A DNA stretch of 64,000 nucleotides from an uncultured Nitrospiraceae bacterium (lineage in GTDB: Bacteria > Nitrospirota > Thermodesulfovibrionia > Thermodesulfovibrionales > Dissulfurispiraceae), in the NCBI GenBank assembly GCA_963727805.1, contig CAVSHF010000003.1:1088001-1152000 (forward strand), in the 5' to 3' direction. Below, piece after piece: positions 61,202 to 64,000 of this stretch (position 1 is its first letter; the number at the start of each line of letters is the position of its first letter). Below the pieces are notes generated by a model that was not told the DNA's origin, made no database searches, and worked only from the letters and a program-made list of their open reading frames with translations. Made by a program: the position numbers and the translations under genes.

Positions 61202-61207
61202 TAATCC

Positions 61208-61239
61208 ATTGGGGAGAGGATCCAGGTCCTCTCCTCAAT
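61208..61239 (+). terminator. intergenic stem-loop
   Basis: ATTGGGGAGAGGA...TCCTCTCCTCAAT. Confidence 0.45.
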
Positions 61240-61249
61240 CTCCTTCTTC

Positions 61250-61474
61250 ATGCAGATAATAATTAACCTTTTCGCGACTCTTAGAAAGAACCGCTTCGAC
61301 AGCGATCAGCGGGAATACCCCAACGGAATAACTATTCGGAGTGTTCTGAACGATCTCTCAATTCCAGAAAATGAAGCTGCTATCATTTTTGTAAACGGCA
61401 GGCACGCGGAACCGGATACCCTGCTTCTGGAGAAAGACACCGTATCGATTTTCCCCCCTATTGGCGGCGGATAG
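61250..61474 (+). CDS. MoaD/ThiS ubiquitin-like sulfur carrier
   Basis: LFATLR, FVNG, FPPIGGG C-terminus. Confidence 0.9.
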   Translation: MQIIINLFATLRKNRFDSDQREYPNGITIRSVLNDLSIPENEAAIIFVNGRHAEPDTLLLEKDTVSIFPPIGGG

Positions 61475-61475
61475 A

Positions 61476-62297
61476 ATGGACCAGCTTCGCAAATATCTCA
61501 AAGCTCATGCCGTGGATGATCTCGTGGAGCAAGCCGTTCTGGATGAAGCGTCCCGGAGATTCATCCATTCTCCGCATACTGTCGAAGAAGCGACTCTCAA
61601 GGCTAACCTCCTGCCCGCCCGCTATCAACGCAATCGCAAGACGCTGTCGATCGAACAACAACTCGCGCTCTTTCAGGCTCGCGTTGCCGTTATCGGCTGT
61701 GGTGGGCTTGGGGGATATGTGATTGAAGGACTTGCCCGCCTTGGTGTTGGGACCATCGTAGCGGCTGATCCCGATCAATTCGAGGAACATAACCTCAATC
61801 GTCAGATTTTATGCACACTCGAAACCCTCGGTTATCCAAAGACAGCTGCCGCCGCTAACCGCGTGAGGCAGATCAACCCCGCTATAAACCTGGTTCCAAT
61901 CCAGAAGGCACTCACTGATGACAACGTAGCGGAAATTTTGAGAGATTCTAATGCGGTCGTAGACGCGCTTGATAGCAATGCAGCTAGAATCGAATTGGCA
62001 AAGTTCTGCAGCGACCATTCGCTCCCTCTCGTCCACGGGGCTATTGCTGGCTGGTACGGGCAGATCACGGTCCAATTGCCCGGTGAACAAACAGTACTCA
62101 ACCTCTTGCAACGATGTAAGCAAGAAACTGGCATTGAAAAAGAAATCGGCAATCCCGCCTTCGCCCCTGCAGTCGTAGCAAGCCTGCAGACAGCAGAAGT
62201 CTGCAAAATCATCACGCACCAAGACAGAACTCTGAGCGGTCGAATCATCTTCATCGATCTCCTGGATATGAGATTCGAAGAAATGAGGATTGAGTGA
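61476..62297 (+). CDS. ThiF/MoeB family adenylyltransferase
   Basis: RYQRN, GCGGLG, NLNRQ, DALD. Confidence 0.9.
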   Translation: MDQLRKYLKAHAVDDLVEQAVLDEASRRFIHSPHTVEEATLKANLLPARYQRNRKTLSIEQQLALFQARVAVIGCGGLGGYVIEGLARLGVGTIVAADPDQFEEHNLNRQILCTLETLGYPKTAAAANRVRQINPAINLVPIQKALTDDNVAEILRDSNAVVDALDSNAARIELAKFCSDHSLPLVHGAIAGWYGQITVQLPGEQTVLNLLQRCKQETGIEKEIGNPAFAPAVVASLQTAEVCKIITHQDRTLSGRIIFIDLLDMRFEEMRIE

Positions 62298-62373
62298 TCC
62301 CCCTCCATCCCCTCAGTTATAATAAAAGTGGCTATAATTTGGATGGGGTTGTCTAAAAGGGGACTGTTCAGAA

Positions 62374-63561
62374 GTGATGCAGGCAAAAAAGCCGCTCAAG
62401 AAAGATGTCGTCATCATAGGCGCAGGCGCTGCCGGACTCATATGCGCGATTGAGACCGGAAAGAGGCACCGCTCGGTGCTCGTCCTCGATCATATGGAAA
62501 AGATTGGGAAAAAAATCCGGGTATCAGGGGGGGGGCGCTGCAATTTTACAAACTTGAACCTGCAGCCAGAAAATTATTATTCCGCAAATCCCCATTTCTG
62601 CAAATCGGCCCTTGCCCGCTTTACTCCGCACGATTTCATCCGCATGGTAGACAGGCACGGGATCGAATATGTTGAAAAGGAAAAAGGACAAATATTCTGC
62701 AAAAAAACCTCCGGGGAGATCGTCAGGATGCTCGATAAGGAGTGCGCCAACGCCGGTGTTGAAATACGAATGAATTGCAGGGCCAGCATCATTTCAAAGA
62801 ATGAGAACTTTTCTATTACAACAAACCGTGGCACGGTCGAGGCCGCGTCCCTCGTGATCGCAACCGGTGGGCTCTCATATCCCGAACTCGGTGCCACGGA
62901 CATCGGATACCGCACTGCCGGGAAGTTCGGCTTGAAAGTCACTGAATTGAAACCCGCTCTCGTCCCTCTCATCTTTCGTCATCGCGACCGGGAAATCTTT
63001 AAAGAATTGAGCGGTGTTTCATTTGACGTTTTAATCGGCTGCAAAGGAGCGCACTTCCGAGGTGAAGTCCTCTTTACCCATCGAGGTCTTAGCGGGCCTG
63101 CGATTCTTCAGATCTCATTATATTGGGAGCAAGGCGACAAGATTACCCTCAATCTCTTGCCCGATATTGATGCTTATGAACTCTTTATTTCGAAACGCAG
63201 GAGCAGAATCGAGCTGAGTAATCTTCTCTCCGAACATCTTCCCCGAAGATTTAGTCACAAGTGGTGTGCGTTAAATGCCTTGTCGAGGCCCTTGTGCGCA
63301 TATACGGAAAAGGAGATTAAGGACATTGCCGCTCAGCTCCACAACTGGACAATAATCCCTGAAGGCACTGAAGGCTATAGAAAGGCAGAGATCACCCTCG
63401 GCGGAGTTGACACCGATGAATTATCATCCAAGACTATGGAGGCAAAGAAAGTACCGGGCCTCTATTTCGTAGGCGAGGTAATTGATGTCTCCGGGCAGCT
63501 CGGCGGCTATAATCTTCAATGGGCCTGGTCATCAGGGTTTGCAGCGGGGCAATATGCGTAA
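62374..63561 (+). CDS. HI0933/YhiN family flavoprotein
   Basis: GAGAAG, SGGGRCNFTN, LFTHRGLSGP, GGYNLQWAWSSG. Confidence 0.93.
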   Translation: MMQAKKPLKKDVVIIGAGAAGLICAIETGKRHRSVLVLDHMEKIGKKIRVSGGGRCNFTNLNLQPENYYSANPHFCKSALARFTPHDFIRMVDRHGIEYVEKEKGQIFCKKTSGEIVRMLDKECANAGVEIRMNCRASIISKNENFSITTNRGTVEAASLVIATGGLSYPELGATDIGYRTAGKFGLKVTELKPALVPLIFRHRDREIFKELSGVSFDVLIGCKGAHFRGEVLFTHRGLSGPAILQISLYWEQGDKITLNLLPDIDAYELFISKRRSRIELSNLLSEHLPRRFSHKWCALNALSRPLCAYTEKEIKDIAAQLHNWTIIPEGTEGYRKAEITLGGVDTDELSSKTMEAKKVPGLYFVGEVIDVSGQLGGYNLQWAWSSGFAAGQYA

Positions 63562-63562
63562 A

Positions 63563-64000
63563 ATGAAAACAATCATACTTGCATCGGCATCACCAAGAAG
63601 GAAAGAGATACTCGATATAACAGGCCTAAAGTTCAAAGTCGATGAGAGCGACTACGAGGAAAATTTGGACATTAGCCTTCAACCCTGTGAACTCGCAATG
63701 CGTCATTCGATCGGGAAAGCGAAGGCGGTCGCAGCTAGATACAGGAATGCTCTTATAATATCAGCGGACACGATCGTGGTATTGAAGAACAGGGTTTTCG
63801 GCAAGCCCTGCAACAGGAAAGAGGCGAAGGGGATGCTGAAAGCCTTGAGCGGAAAGACACATACTGTAATCACCGGATATACAATACTAGACACCAACAG
63901 CGGAAAAGAAACGACCAAATCGATTGAATCAAAGGTCTTCTTTAAACGGCTGACTGATGATGAGATAAACACATACATTAAATCAGGTGAGCCTTTGGAC
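63563..64000 (+). CDS. maf: Maf family nucleotide pyrophosphatase (partial, runs off window)
   Basis: MKTIILASASPRRKEIL, SADTIV, GKP, LSGKTH. Confidence 0.9.
   Translation, partial: MKTIILASASPRRKEILDITGLKFKVDESDYEENLDISLQPCELAMRHSIGKAKAVAARYRNALIISADTIVVLKNRVFGKPCNRKEAKGMLKALSGKTHTVITGYTILDTNSGKETTKSIESKVFFKRLTDDEINTYIKSGEPLD

Noticed and set aside
1..64000. CRISPR array or rRNA
   Set aside because: No regularly spaced 25-45 bp repeats, no cas-like ORFs and no rRNA-like sequence seen.

Overview
This is a bacterial window, probably from an anaerobic Nitrospirota/Desulfobacterota-like organism (inferred from gene content only). It has two halves. Positions ~48,870-64,000 are core genome: tRNA-Pro(GGG), MerR, ihfA, dksA, AI-2E transporter, C26 peptidase, D-aminoacylase, AmiC-like amidase, NifU-domain protein, HDAC, class II aldolase, two divergent aldehyde:ferredoxin oxidoreductases, MoaD/ThiF, an HI0933 flavoprotein and maf. 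Positions 1-48,860 are accessory DNA downstream of the tRNA. Two further copies of the tRNA 3' end (285-311, 8291-8317), 11-bp-period arm-like repeats and decayed integrase tails indicate tandem integrated islands. Island cargo includes: redox/detox genes; four IS110-family elements (three intact), in one of which the bridge-RNA target and donor guides can be read directly against its own insertion site; a complete class D-like group II intron with matching EBS/IBS; a solitary integron cassette with a canonical attC; and a Type IIG R-M gene with PIN-like, ASCH and HTH neighbours. The main candidate for an undescribed system is the ~11.6 kb respiratory locus at 17,464-29,091. It comprises a hidden diheme mini-ORF, an M56 peptidase, five tandem small membrane proteins sharing a C-terminal motif, cytochrome c3/Fe-S/NrfD, a 13-heme cytochrome c, cytochrome b and a two-component system. 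No CRISPR array or rRNA was seen.
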